Shown piece after piece: positions 11,739 to 26,197 of a DNA stretch of 64,000 nt. The notes under the pieces are model-generated. The model had not been told where the DNA came from. It saw only the letters and a program-made list of their open reading frames with translations, and searched no databases. How positions within the stretch are numbered: position 1 is the stretch's first letter; each line of letters starts with the position of its first letter. Origin of the DNA: Nageia nagi (lineage: Eukaryota > Plantae > Pinophyta); NCBI GenBank assembly GCA_050084985.1, contig JBITNC010000001.1, forward strand, positions 199,330,001-199,394,000. The letters run 5' to 3'. Made by a program: the position numbers and the translations under genes.

Positions 11739-14700
11739 TGTCACGACCCTTCTTTTCAGCATTTTCATCTTTTGGTAGTAAATTCTAAATTATTACTTTA
11801 TAAATTGTATAAATAGTTTTTAAGTAATTAAGCATTTTTAAGGCATATCATAGTGTCAAAGTTGGCATGTAAATCTATTTTTAAGCATTTAGAATAATGC
11901 ATTCTTACATTTTGCATTGTGTGAGGCATCACTTGACATCCTTGAGAAGACGATTTTCCTAAGCTTTAAAACCATGGAAAAATCTCATTTTCTTACATTT
12001 GCAGGAGCATACAAGGATGGCCTCATAGTTGAAGTAGTTGGTGTATTTTATCCCAATGAGTTGTAAATATATATATATATATATAATAATTAAATTTCAT
12101 TTTTCATTTACACTCTAATGTCTTAAAGGGAGTGCATTGTGAGTTGGAACAAGGAGGAAGGCATTATGTTAAAGAAAATAATAATAAGTATAATATAATT
12201 TGCATTTAAAATAGAAATAAATAAACATGAATTAAAATGGAAATGGAGATTAAAAGTTAGATGATGAAATCATTACAAGGTGGATGTAAGGTACCTAGGG
12301 GAAATGGGGAGAAAGATTAGGGCAAAACAAAAGAGCCTTTATGCCTAAAAATCTTAATTATTTTCCTTGTGGAGCTTGGAAAGAGAGGGGGAGCCATGGA
12401 GAGGAAACCCTCAATGTTATCCTACTGTCTGGCATATTTTTGAGCCAAATATGAAATTGCTCATTAGATTCTTCTTCCTTGCTAGTAAATCTTGATCATG
12501 GTTATTCATGGATAAGAAACAATAAGCATTTTGGGGATTTTTAGCTAGTTGGCAGTTTGTAGGAAGGAGCAAAATGGATATGCCAAGGTATACACACTAT
12601 GGAGGTGTTAAAATACTTCAAAATCAAACTCGTGGGGGAGATAGAGGCCTAGAATCAAACCCTACGTGTTGTGCTTGAGAGGGGGCCACCACTTTTGCAT
12701 CTGGTCTACAAATTTTGCTAGAGGGAGGCTGGGAAATCATCACCCAGAACCATACAAACTCTGCTGAGAGGTTTCTTCACTCTTGTGTAAATTTTCAAGA
12801 TGATTCATGGTCAACCTACTATGTGAAAATTATTTTGGAGCTATTCATTACATATGCTATAGAAAAATATGCGCATAGCACTATTTTGTAAGCATTTTAC
12901 ATCTTACCATTACATAGAAATTATATTGTTGGCATTTTATTTTTATGGCACCCATAAGATTATTATAAGCATGTTGAAATCATTTTAACTTGTTGGCTTA
13001 AAAACCAAAGTGCATATAGAATAGAAAAACTTGTGGATATATTGGGGTTGCGAATTTTAAACATGAGAGTCACCCATTTCTTGCTAGGAATCAAATACAT
13101 GAGTGTATCTATGAGAAAGGTAGGTTAGCAATGTTTTTTAGAGGTCTTACTTAATTTAAATTCAAGCCTATAGGGTGTGATGTTCATGACCAAGTCTAAT
13201 GCCTCGGATTATGACCCAAAAACTCCCAAATCCTCCCCTTTAGAATAAAGAAAAAAGGGATACATATCTATATGCATATAAACTTCAAATTTGACAAAAT
13301 CAGAAACATTAAAGCATAAATGTAAGAACATGTAGGCGTTAAATATTATTTGTTAGCATTTCTTTTATTGTTGAAGTTCATGTAGTTTTATGAGAAAGTG
13401 ATGAGTATTTTTAAGCAAATTACATTATTGCATTTATTTGAAACACTCATTGCATGCCCAAACTCATTGGTAAGGAAGGGATTTCATACATGCACAAAAA
13501 GAATAATTCTCATTTCCTATTTGCATTTAGCTAAGCACTTGAAATAATGACTTTTACATTGGGCACATCATCATGTAACCTATAGGATGAGTGCATTACA
13601 TGGCTTCAAAAATAATGAAACAAGTAGTAGTTTTTACTTATTTCCTAGGTTCTAATTGACATTTCAGATTGACTATGATTCACTAAGATTGTAAATCTCA
13701 TGCTCAACTTTACTAATTTTTAAAGACTAATATAGTGGGGGACTAAATCAGAAATTGATCAAAACACACTATTTTTGTAGGGTGTCATCTATTTTATGTT
13801 CTTTTTAGAATTTCTTATATATTTATATATTCTTGTTATTATTAGGACTATAGATTTCTACCAGTTGTAAAGTTTGATAAAATTTACCTTTTAAAAATTT
13901 GATAACCTAAAGCCAATGTAAGGGCACAACAACATTATAAGTACACCCTTGTTACAAATTGGACATACACATATATACTTTCATTTACATGCTTGTTGTT
14001 CAAAAGAGAAATGATTTACTTAAAGGATTCATGTTGTAATTATGGCTATCTTACTACCATACTCTCATTTTGATTTAATATATTTTGGATTTAAATACTG
14101 ATTGTTAAAAATTAGAAACATGATTACACTCAGCATTATGAGTAGGAAAAACATTACTGTATACAATTGTTGTTGATTGTACTTTTTGGATGTGATGATT
14201 TGATGGGAAGTTTTCTTTCCAAGAGATTACTAGTTGTTTGCATATTTTGATTGAATGGCTAAGTTGACCAAAATATATGAGGACAAATATTACAAGTTGA
14301 ATTAGATTTATAGAAAAAATCATTTTCACTCATGTGAGTAATCAAATGACAAATTGATGTATTGTTAATATGCATTTTATTGTTCTTCTTACCATTCAAA
14401 ATTAGTTTGTTGGTTGCCATATTCTTCCTTAAGTTAAAGTCTCACTCGAAACAAAAGGGATGTTAATTTCTCGTAGGGATTAATGTGCCTTAAGTTGAAA
14501 TAAAAGTTTAGTTATTGATTTTAGAATGTGGAAAAGAATGATTCTATAGAGTTTAATAATAGCATTGAAAAATGATTGAGGTTTACTGTTTAAAAAAGTA
14601 ATGTTTAATGCAATTTTAGTGTGTATTGTTTTTACAGAGTAATTAGTTTGGATTCCTAAAAAAGGTTGTTATGCATTGTGAAATATGACATGTATTTGGC

Positions 14701-16094
14701 TAAATGATAAGTGTTCCTATGGGATTGGGAGTGATGAAATATTTTTAAAACATTACACTCTAGAATAAATATTTGAATTACTCTTAAAAAGTTTAAAAAG
14801 CATTTTACCAAAAAGGGGCTAGATGGAAACTAGATTTAATTGATTTTGGTTGAGCATAAAGGAGAAAATGTAGTAAATATCTTATCTATTACTTTAAAAC
14901 AGTTTAATGGTCTCCTATATTAGTTTGGTAAACTTTGATGGGATAACCTATAAATGAATGCAAACTTGTCTTGAGTAGAGAAAGCAAGTTTGGGTGATCA
15001 TCTAAGACATGCATTAACCTATGTAAACATAACAAGAAAGTTAAAAGGGTGAGGAATTTTCCTCTATAGTTTCACCTATGCAACTCTTAACTTGCTTAAA
15101 AATAAAAGGGAAATTATTTTGAAACTCCAATATCTAAGACACTTCTAGGGACCTTACTATGTGGCAATCATTTGATGAGGTAGAACCCCTCGTTAGAGGA
15201 AAACCTTGAATAAAGAAGTGTTCTCTTGTCTAGATATGGATTCAATAGAGTTAGTTGTATCATTTCCTTGGGCTATGGTCCTAGGTTCTTATTTCAAACT
15301 CAATAGTCCTAATTCTTCATATTAATATGCAAGAATGAAGTTACATAGCCATACCTTGTAACCTATGCATGGTTTGAGACTCTTGAACTAGAATATAATA
15401 ATAGAAGTGGTATGCTCTTTCATACATAGTTGATAAACCTTTAAGGAAACCAACCTTGGTGTGTAATGTTAATTCAATGATCCTAATCATGCTTAATCTA
15501 GACATCAATGTTGGTACTATAGCAAAAAGGGGTAGAAATAATTAATGAGCAAAGTAAACTAGAAACCTTTACAAAAGCATAGAGATTCCAATTATTCATG
15601 TACCATAATTGAAATTAGGATGGTTGTTTTATTGGTGAACAATTTATGTATCATTAGCAAGGTATGCTATTTGAGGCATTAATCCTAAAGAAGTACTAGT
15701 TTAGTATAAGGGTATCTTCATGGATCATTTTGAAGAAGTACTAGATATAGTACAAGGGTATCTTCATGAATGTAATTGACTAGTGATTTCCAAGGAAGAA
15801 GGATGTATTCCTGATGAGGGAAATTCATACAATTGTATGCTTAAGTTCCAAGGAAGTAGGATGTATTCTCAATGAGGGAAATGCCTACAATTGTATTCTT
15901 GCTTAAGCTACCAAGTCAATATGTAAACATCATTCAAAAAGTATGAGTTTACATGTAGTGTATATCTATGTCTGCAACACAAGGGATATAAGGCATTTTT
16001 CTTGAATCATGGTATGTAATTTTTAAAGATAAAGTATTCTAGTTTTGGATGCATGGAAAAAAAAAATTATGTTATCCTTTTTATGTACATTACA
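11739..16094 (+). repeat. 5' LTR of element B (4356 bp)
   Basis: TGTCACGACCC...CATTACA; about 13 differences in the first 128 bp versus 3' LTR. Confidence 0.95.
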
Positions 16095-16096
16095 TA

Positions 16097-16108
16097 TGGT
16101 ATCAAAAC
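16097..16108 (+). promoter_or_regulatory. PBS (tRNA-iMet, decayed) of element B
   Basis: TGGTATCAAAAC versus TGGTATCAGAGC (two G>A changes). Confidence 0.85.
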
Positions 16109-16165
16109 TACTGATCATAAACCTATTATGGAAATGGGATAATCATAGTCTTCCATTTTTGCAGA

Positions 16166-19100
16166 ATGCCTCCTAGAAGGAGAAATCCTAGAAGGGATGG
16201 ACTGCAACATGAAATTTTGATACCTCAAGGACAAGGTGGGGTACCACCCCAAGTGTATTTATAGGCAAAAATGGCCACCATGATGGCAACCTTGAATAAC
16301 ATTCAAAATAACATTTAGCAAAATTGAGAGCAAATGCAAGAAGTCAAGAATGAGTTAGATCAAATCAAAAATCCTCTTCAACCTCTTGAGAATCATGTGT
16401 TACCACCCCTAATCTTAGATAATAAATAAGAATCCAAGTTGGGGTAGAAATATCCAAGGAGTTTAAAAACTATAGCCTATCCAAATTCAGTGGAAGAGAC
16501 CCCAACTATGCTAAAATTTGGATAACTGAGTTAGAGGTATACTTCACTATTAAAGGGTTCACCACTTATGCTAAGAATATTGTAGCATACTAGAACCTAT
16601 CAAACTTTGCATAATAATGGTGGAATACTTTCTTGACTCCACCCTTCAAATTATTAGTGATGTGAACCAACAAGATTTCCTGAGAATGTTTCAAGAAATC
16701 TTTCTAACTCTTGAATTTTATCAAAAGAAAAGGGAAGAGTTCCTATTGCTAGCTCAAGGTCACTTAACCATAGAGGTTTAATATCAACATTTCATTTGAC
16801 TACTTAGGTACAATGTAGCCTATGAAATGAATGAGGATATAAAGGTCCACAATTTCATCATGGGGTTGAATGATAACATCAAAAAAATGATCAACATTTA
16901 GGATTTACCAACCATACAAAGAGCCTTTGATCTAACAAAGTGGGTAGAAATAAATTTATTATGTGGGAAAAGATCCATGGGTGTGAATCTAGATAACAAA
17001 TTTGTTGCACCTCATTTTGAGACTAGGAGAAGTCTTGATTTCTACCGATGCTAGAAAGGTAAAATAAAAATGATGGGCATCAAAAGAGTCAAATGCCACC
17101 AAATAGAAATGGTGCACGAGGACCCTCAGTTAATTATAATTTCAACCAAAATTATCTAAACCAAATCATAATCAATAAGAGAGAAATAAAAGAGGGAAAA
17201 ACCCTAACAATAAGGCAAATTACTAGCTCCAAAATTTGAAGGGTGTTACAATTATGGAGGACCACATTTTGCTAATTAATGCCCTTGGAAAGGGGAGTTT
17301 CCTAAGAAAAAGTAGTAGCAAGTAAATCATTGCATTTATGCTACCACTCATAGCCAAGCTTTGAATAGCTAGGCCACTCCTATCACATTTGAAGGTACCA
17401 TTTTTAACATTCCTATTTCAATTTTAATCAATTATAGGGTAACAAAAAGTTTTGTATCATCCCATATCCTTGATAAGTTACCATAAAAATTGGAAACCAT
17501 GAAAGAAAAGTGGAATGTATAATTTGCATCGGGAAAAATTTGCATGGTAAAGCAATTTTTGGTAGATGTGAGCATTTCACTCCCTTAATATGAGTCAAAA
17601 TTCCACTTGTATATTATACCCTTGCCCTCATACGAGGTTATACTAGGGATGGATTGGTTAAGACAAACTCAAGCCAGAATTGATTTCCTAGAGCAATGTG
17701 TTAAAGTGGTGGATAAAGATGAGAAAAAGGTGAAATTATTTAACATCAAGAAACCTTTCACTATTCATACAATAACAACCATGCAACTATTTAGAATCAG
17801 TAAGAAAAATTACCAAATCATGTCTATAAAATTAAATGATAATAGTGAATTAGAATCAGAAACTTACTTTCAATAGTATCCTCTTTTGAGGAAATATAAA
17901 GATGTCTTCCTAGAAGAACTTTTGGGAATGCCACCTACCAAGGAGCTCAATTTTTTGATAGAGTTAGTGCCTGGGGCTAAACCAGTATCTAGAATGCCAT
18001 ACTAAATGACCATGCTTGAAATGCAAGAACTAAACTACAAATTCAAGAATTGTTGGATAAAGGGTTGGTTAAGCCTATTATGTCTCTATGGGGTGCTCTT
18101 GTACTCTTTGTTAAAAAAATAATGGGACCATGAGGATTTGCATAGACTACTACTTTTTGAATAAGTTAACCATCAAAAATAAGTATCCACTTCCAAGGAT
18201 TGATGATCTTTTTTATCAATTCAAGGATGCAAAAATCTTTTCTAAGATAGACCTTCAATCTAGTTATCATCAGTTAAGAATCAAAGATGAAGAACTTTTA
18301 ATATTGCATTTAAAACATGTTATGGACATTATGAATTCATAGTTTTTCACTTTGGACTCATGAATGCACCAACTTCATTTATGAACCTCATGAATAGTGT
18401 ATTCAAAAAATATTTAGATAAGTTTGTGCTCATGTTCTTGGATGATATACTCACCTATTTAGAAACCATGAAAATACATAATGAACACCTAGAACTAGTC
18501 CTAAAAACCCTTAGGAAGCACTAGCTATATGGAAACCTTTCCAAGTGTGAGTTTTATATTCCATAGGTATAGTATCTTGGTCACATTATTACAGCTCAAG
18601 GAATAGTTGTGAACCCAAAGAAGATAAATGTTGTTAAAAACTAGCCAGCTCCTACCACTATTTCAGAAGTGAGAAGTTTTATGGGTTTGTCAAAGTACTA
18701 CAAAAAATTTGTGAAGGATTTCTCCAAAGTAGCCAATCCTATTACCTCATTGCAAAGGAAAAGTAAAAGGTTTGTGTGGGATGAAAAATGTTATAAATCA
18801 TTTGATGTTCTTAAGAAATAATTAACTTCATACCCCATATTGAAACTAATCCATCCATTAAAGGATTTTATAGTTTGTATTGATGCATGTATTGAAGGTT
18901 TAAGAGGTGTCCTCATGCAAGAAGTCATAGTTGTTTCCTATGAATCCCATAAGTTAAAATATCATGAGAAGAATTATGCCACTCATGACTTGGAATTAGT
19001 TATGGCTATTCATACCCTCAAAATGTGGACACTATTTACTTTGAAGGCCTTTTGGCTAAAAACATATCACCATAGTTTACAATACCTATTCATCCAACCT

Positions 19101-20680
19101 TTGTTGAATGCCCAACAAAAAAGGTGGATGGAGTTCATGGTTGAATACAATATTCATATTGAATACATTAATGGTGAGGACAATAAAGTAGTGAATGCAC
19201 TAAGTATAAAGAAACACCTAATTTCTATTATTTTTGGTTACAAATCAGACCTAAAAGAGAGAGTTCTTAATTATCAATTAAGAGAACCTTTTTGTATCAC
19301 ATAAAATAAAAAAATTCAATGGGATTGAAGGAGGGGTTTTCAATTCAAGCTAATAAGCTTTTGTATTTTAGGAAAAGAATTATGATCTTGATTGAGGGAA
19401 ATATTAGAAACCAAATCATGTATAAGGCTCATACTACTCCTTTCTTGGCTCACCCTAGTGTGAACAAGATGAAGGAAAACTTGATAGACTAGTGCTATTA
19501 GTGTGATATGAAGAAAGACATCATAGATTATGTTTTAAAATTCTTAGAGTGCCAACAAGTGAAAGTTGAACATGTGAAACTAGCTAGAATACTCCTTCCC
19601 CATGCTATTCTTCCTACAAAATGGCACACCATAAGCATGGATTTTATGGTAATACTTCCAAAAACAAGGTATCATCACAAATCCATCTTTTTGGTTGTTG
19701 ACAAGTTGAACAAAGTAGACCATTTCATTCTCAAAAATACCAAAAATGATGTTGTCACCATAGTAAGAAAATTTATGAGAGAAATTTTCAAGTTACATGT
19801 GCTACCAAAGGTTATTATCTCTATTAGGGATAGTAAGTTCACTTCAAAATTTTGGAAAACACTTCATAAAGAAGTTGAAACTAAACTCAACTGCAACATC
19901 ACCTATCATCTGAAAATGGATGAGAAAATTGAAAGAGTAAATCAAGTCCTAAAAGACATGCTTAGGATGTACTGTATGGAAAATCCAACCATATGGGAGA
20001 ACTACTTGCATTTTGTAGAGTTTGATTACAACAATGCTTATCAAGTTTCGCTCAAAATGGTGCTTTTTCAAGCTTTTTATGAAAAATGATGTAGGACACG
20101 AATCTCTTCAAACAATATAGATAATAGGGTTATCATTGGGCCTGAAATGCTAAAGGAAATAGAATACCAACTCAAGACCATCCAACAAAGGCTCAAGGAA
20201 GCCTTTGATCAATAAAAAAGTGTGGCTAATGCAAAAAGGACACCTAGAAACTTTAGTGTTAGGGATAAAGTTTTTCTTCATGTAAGACCAAGAAAGAGCT
20301 CTATAAAATCATCAAAATTAGTTGCAAAGTTTGTTAGACCTTTTGAAGTGATTTAGAAGGTAAATCTAGTGGCTTACAAGCTTAAACTACCCCCTAACTT
20401 GTCAAAAATACATAATGTGTTCCATGTGTCTTTGCTAAAAAAGTATGTGCATGATCCTACTCATGTATGGGACTTGGATCAACTACAAATTATAGATCCC
20501 ACGGCCAACTCATGAGAATTTTGGAAACCCATACTTAGGAATAGGGAAGTTGATGAATGTCAAGTTCAATGGGATCTGTATTCTAAACACAACTCCACTT
20601 GGGAAGATACAAATCTGATGAAAAAGTAATTTCTATATCTTTTTGAGAACCTATCATCAAACATAGAGGGCTGTGTTTAA
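16166..20680 (+). pseudogene. gag-pol: gag-pol of element B (gag, zinc knuckle, protease, RT, RNase H, integrase, chromodomain), many stops and frameshifts
   Basis: MPPRRR start; CYNYGGPHFAN*C; VILGMDWL (17607 ORF); [25 protein letters not shown] (18130); FLDDIL ~18435; NYATHDLEL (18840); ISMDF/VVDKL (19508); VQWDLYSKHNSTWED ~20560. Confidence 0.95.
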
Positions 20681-20696
20681 TCTAAATGATAGAGTA

Positions 20697-23600
20697 TGTC
20701 ATAACCCTTCTTTTCGGCATTTTCATCTTTTGGTAGTAAAGTCTAAATTAGTACTTTGTAAATTATAGAAATAGTTTTTAAGAAATTAAGCATTTTTAAG
20801 GCATCTTGTAGTGTCATAGTTGGCATGTAAATCTATTTTGTAAGCATTTAGAATAATGCATTCTCACATTTTGCATGGTGTGAGGTGTCACCCGACATCC
20901 TTGAGAAGATTTTCTTGAGCTTTAAAACCATAAAAAATCTCATTTTCTTGCATTTTTAAGAGTATAAAAGGATGGCCTCATAGTTGAAGTAGTTGGTGTA
21001 TTTGATACCAATGAGTTGCAAAAAAATTATATAATAATTAAATTTCATTTTTCATTTACACCCTAATGTCTTAAAGGGAGTGCATTGTGAGTTGGAACAA
21101 GGAGGAAGGCTTTTTGTTGAAGAAAAATAATAATAAGTATTATATAATTTGCATTTAAAATATAAATAAATAAACATAAATTAAAATGGAAAGGGAGATT
21201 AAAAGTTAGATGATGAAATCATTGCAAGGTGGATGTAAGGTATCTAGGGGAAATGGGGAGAAAGATTAGGGTAAAACAAAAGAGCCTCAATACATAAAAA
21301 CCCTAATCATTTTCCTTTTGGAGCTTGGAAAGAGAGCGAAAACCATGGGAGAGGAAACCCTCAATGTTATCCTATTGTATGGTGTATTTCTAAGCCAAAT
21401 CTAGAACCACTTGTTATATTCTCCTTCCCTACTAGTAAATTTTGCTCATGGTTATTCATGGCTAAGCAATTAAAAGCATTATGGGGGTTTTTAGTTGGTT
21501 GGCTACATGTAGGAAGGAGTATAATAGATCTACCAAGTTTTGCACACTATGGAGGCATTAAAACACTTCAAAATCAAACTCATGGGGGAGAAGGGGGCCT
21601 AGAATTGAACCCTACATGTTGTGCTTGAGAGGGGGCTACCAATTTTGCATTTAGTCTACAAATTTGGTTGGAGGGAGGATGGAAAATCATCACCCAAAAT
21701 CATATAAACTATGATAAGAGGTTTCTTCACTCTTGTACAAATTTTCAAGGTGATTCATGGTCAACCTATCATGTGAAAAATTATTTTGGAGCTGTTCATT
21801 GCATATGTTATAGAAAACTCTACGCATAGCACTATTTTGTAAGCATTTTACATCTTACCACTACATATAAATTATACTATTGGCATTTTGTTTTTATGGC
21901 ACCCATAAGATTAGTATAATAATGCTAAAATCATTTTAACTTGTTGTCTTAAAAACCATAGTGCATCTGGAACAAAAAAACTTGTGGGCATAGTGGGGTT
22001 ACAAATTTTAAATATAAGAGTCACCCATTTCTCACTAGGAATCAAAGACATGAGTGTATCTATGACAAAGATAGGTTAGTAATGTTTTTTGAAGGTCTTA
22101 CTTCATTTAAATTCAAGCCTATAGGGCATGATGTTCATGACTAGGTCTAATGCCTTAGATTATGACCTGGAAACTCCCAAAAAAAAAAGAAAAGAGAGAG
22201 AGATACATATCTATATGCATATAAACTTCAGATTTGATGGAACTAGAAACATTAAAACATAAATGTAATAAAATGTAGGTAGTAAATATTCTTTGTTAAC
22301 ATTTCTTTCATTATTGAAGTTCATGTAATTTTATGAGAAAGTGATGAGTCTTTGTAAACAAATTACATTATTGCATTCATTTGAAACACTATCATTGCAT
22401 GCCCAAACTCATTGGTAATTAAGGGCTTTCATACTTACATGAAAAGAATAACTATCATTTCATATTTGCATTTAGCCAGGCACTTGAAATAATGAATTTT
22501 ACATTAGGCACATCATCATGTAACCTATAGGATGAGTGCATTACATGGCTTCAAAAATAATGAAATAAGTAGTAGTTTGTAGTTATTTCCTAGGTTCTAA
22601 TTTGACATTTCAGATTGACTATGATTCACTAAGATTGTAAATCTCATGCTCAACTTTACTAATTTTTAAAGACTAATATAGTGGGGGACTAAATCAGAAA
22701 TTGATCAAAACACACTATTTTTGTAGGGTGTCATCTATTTTATGTTCTTTTTAGAATTTCTTATATATTTATATATTCTTGTTATTATTAGGACTATAGA
22801 TTTCTACCAGTTGTAAAGTTTGATAAAATTTACCTTTTTAAAATTTGATAACCTATAGCCAATGTAAGGGCACAACAACATTATAAGTACACCCTTGTTA
22901 CAAATTGGACATACACATATATACTTTCATTTACATGCTTGTTGTTCAAAGAGAAATGATTTACTTAAAGGATTCATGTTGTAATTATGGCTATCTTACT
23001 ACCATACTCTCATTTTGATTTAATATATTTTGGATTTAAATACTGATTGTTAAAAATAAGAAACATGATTACACTCAGCATTATGAGTAGGAAAAACATT
23101 ACTGTATACAATTGTTGTTGATTGTACTTTTTGGATGTGATGATTTGATGGGAAGTTTTCTTTCCAAGAGATTAATAGTTGTTTGCATATTTTGATTGAA
23201 TGGCTAAGTTTACCAAAAGATATGAAGAAAAATATTATAAGTTGAATTAGATTTAGATAAGAAATCCTTTTCACTTATGTGAGTAATCAAATGATGAATT
23301 GATGTATTGTTAATGTGCATTTTACTATTCTTACCATTTGAAATTATTTTGTTGGCTACCATATTCTTCCTTAAGTTAAATTCTCTCTCTCAAAATAAAA
23401 GGGATGTTAATTTCTCATAAGAATTAATGTGCCTTAAGTTGAAATAAAATTTTAGTTATTAATTTTGGAATGTGGAAAAGAATGATTCTATAGATTTTAA
23501 TAATAGCTTTGAAAAATGACTAAGGTTTACCATTTAAAAAAGTAATGTTTAATGCAATGTTAGTGCGTATTATTTTTATGGAATAATTAGTTTGGATTCC

Positions 23601-25013
23601 TAAAAAAGGTTGTTATGCTTTGTGAAATATGACATGTATTTGGCTGAATGATAAGTGTTCCTATGGGCTTGGGAGTGATGAAATATTTTAAAAAATTACA
23701 CTCTAGAATTAAGATTTGAATTACTCTTAAAAAGTTTAAAGAGCATTCTACCAAAAAGGGGCTAAATGGAAACTAGATTTAATTGATTTTGGTTGAGCAC
23801 AAAGAAGAAAATGTAGTAAATATATTATCTATTACTTCCAAAAAAATTTAATGATCTCCTATATTAGTTTGGTAAACTTTTATGGGATAACCCATAAATG
23901 AATGCAAACTTGTCTTGAGTAGAGAAACCAAGTTTGGGTGATCATCTTAGACATGCATTAATCCATGTAAACATAAACAAGAAAGATAAAAGGGTGAGGA
24001 ATTATCCTCTATAGTTGCACCTATGCAACTCTTAACTTGATTAAAATGAAAAGGGAAATTATTTTGAAACTCCAATATCTAAGACACTTCTAGGGACTTT
24101 ACTAGGTGGCAATCATTTGATGAGGTAGAACCCCTCATTAGAGGGAAATAATGAACAAAGAAGTGTTCTCTTGTATAGATATATACACAATAGAGTTAGT
24201 TGTATCATCACCTTGGGATATGGTCCTATGTTCTTATTTCAAACTTAGTAGTCCTAATTCTTCATATTAATCTGCAAGAACAAAGTTACATAACCATACC
24301 TTGTAATCTATGCATGGTTTGAGACTCTTGAACTATAATATAATAACATAAGTGGGATGTTCTTTCATACATAGTTGAGAAACCTTTAAGGAAACTAACC
24401 TTGGTGCATAATGTTAATTTAATTATCCTTATCATACTTAATCCAAACATCAATGTTAGTACTGTAGCAAAAAGGGGAAGACATAATTAATGAGCAAAGT
24501 AAACTAGAAACCTATGCGAAAGCATAGAAAATTCCAATGATTCATGTAACATAATTGCAATCAAGGTGGATGTATCATTAGCAAGGTATGCTATTCGATG
24601 CATTCATCTTGAAGAAGCTCTAATTCATTACAAGGGTATCTTCATGGATCATTCTAAAGAAGTACTAGATCTAGTACAAGGGTATCTTCATGAATGCAAT
24701 TAATTGGTGCTTTCCAAGGAAGTAGGATGTATTTTTGATGAGGGAAATGCCTACACTTGCATCCTTCCAAGGAAGTAGTATGCATTCCCAATGAGGGAAA
24801 TGCCTACAATTGTATCCTTGCCTAAGCTACCAAGTCAATATGTAAACATCATTGAAAAATTATGAGTTTACATGTAGCATATATATGTGTCTATAGCACA
24901 AAGGATATAAGGAATTGTTCTTGAATCATGGTATGGAATTTTTAAAAATAAAGTATTTTGGTTTTAGATGCACAAAAAAAACAAAAAAATTTGTTCTTTT
25001 TACGAATATTACA
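20697..25013 (+). repeat. 3' LTR of element B (4317 bp)
   Basis: TGTCATAACCC...TATTACA, colinear with 5' LTR. Confidence 0.95.
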
Positions 25014-25018
25014 ATATG

Positions 25019-26197
25019 TTAATGGTATTCTAAATGCAATGATGATGTGATAACTATGTTGGAGTGATGTTCATATTTTATTGTAAGATGACAATATGAT
25101 GGACTATGATAATATTTATGATATTCTTAAAACATTTATGAATAACATTAATTTAAATTCATGATAATTTTAATATGATAAGTTTATATTTCATTATGAA
25201 TGAATACTCTCGATTTTGCTAGATAAGAATTATTGTAAAGTTATATCTTTGTTCGAGATTGAATGGTAGGATGGTGTTATGAGATAATATATAAGAAAAC
25301 TAAATTCAATGATGTATACTAAATAAGGTACTTGCAATAATTACCTTTTCATTTTTTAAGACTATTTGTGTAGAAATGTTATTGCTTGAGTAGGAGTAAT
25401 AATCTTTCTACTGAAATGAGTCATGAATGTCTTAAGGTGTACTCCTATAGTTGTGAGAAGATAACCTAGTTGAAGTCCAAATCTACCTAGTTAGCATACT
25501 TGGACAAGCTATAATGAAACTAGGTGTGAGACTTAGTAATTATTACCTAGTATGTTAACATAATCCTAGGAATTGGATATGAAACCTAGTCAAATCCCTA
25601 GGTAAGATTTGAGCACTATATTATGAGATTAAGGAAATATCAGGTAGGATAGTTCAAGAAAATATCATGAGAATAAAGAATTATCAAATATGATAATTCA
25701 ATAAGTTCTCTATACACATGAATTCAAGATGAGAATAAGAATTATCATGAAGTATAATCAAGGAATTCTCAAGATTAGTTATGAAGGATCTTGACATACG
25801 TAAATTGCTAATCTTGATGATGGCTTTGATCCGAGTAGGTTTAGATATCATCAACAAGATAAAATATTTCAATATGGGTTGACTAAGCAAGAAGGCTATT
25901 TTCTCCCAAGATGAACATTCTAGGCAAGCCATTTAGGATATTTAACGAGAAGGTTAAATATCAAGAGATAAATGGTGTTATAGTTTAATGATGATATCGT
26001 GACTCAAGAATGATGACATTTTGAACCATTGAGTGATCTCAATATCATAGTTCACAAGTAGCTTATAAACTTTCATTATTGAATATCCATATGTATTTAC
26101 ATATTGGTTTAAAAAAATATTCTTATTACATAAGGGTTTATTGCGATTAGAGTTAGTTTAGACTCAATTTTTTAGGTGTAAAAATCATATCTTGACA
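25019..26197 (+). repeat. 3' LTR of element A, segment 3
   Basis: Matches 76-1262; ends CA. Confidence 0.9.

Larger units (their letters stand above)
11739..25013 (+). mobile_element. Element B: full-length Ty3/Gypsy chromovirus (Tekay/Del-like), decayed
   Basis: LTRs 11739-16094 and 20697-25013 (TG..CA); perfect TSD ATATG (11734-11738, 25014-25018); empty site seen at 71-75; gag-PROT-RT-RH-INT-chromodomain. Confidence 0.95.
1..26197 (+). mobile_element. Element A: non-autonomous Ty3/Gypsy (Tekay-like) LTR retrotransposon, 5' end outside window, 3' LTR interrupted by C and B
   Basis: 1-1262 matches 11664-11738 + 25019-26197; PBS TGGTATCAGAGCC at 1265; PPT AGAGGAAGGA then TGTTATAGCC at 5137; 3' LTR ends ...CTTGACA at 26197; internal 3.9 kb has only gag-like and integrase-tail remnants. 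Confidence 0.85.

Noticed and set aside
14105-14329. Near-identical 74-aa ORFs here and at 23050-23274 as a duplicated gene
   Set aside because: Consequence of LTR duplication and the homogenised tract; no coding features
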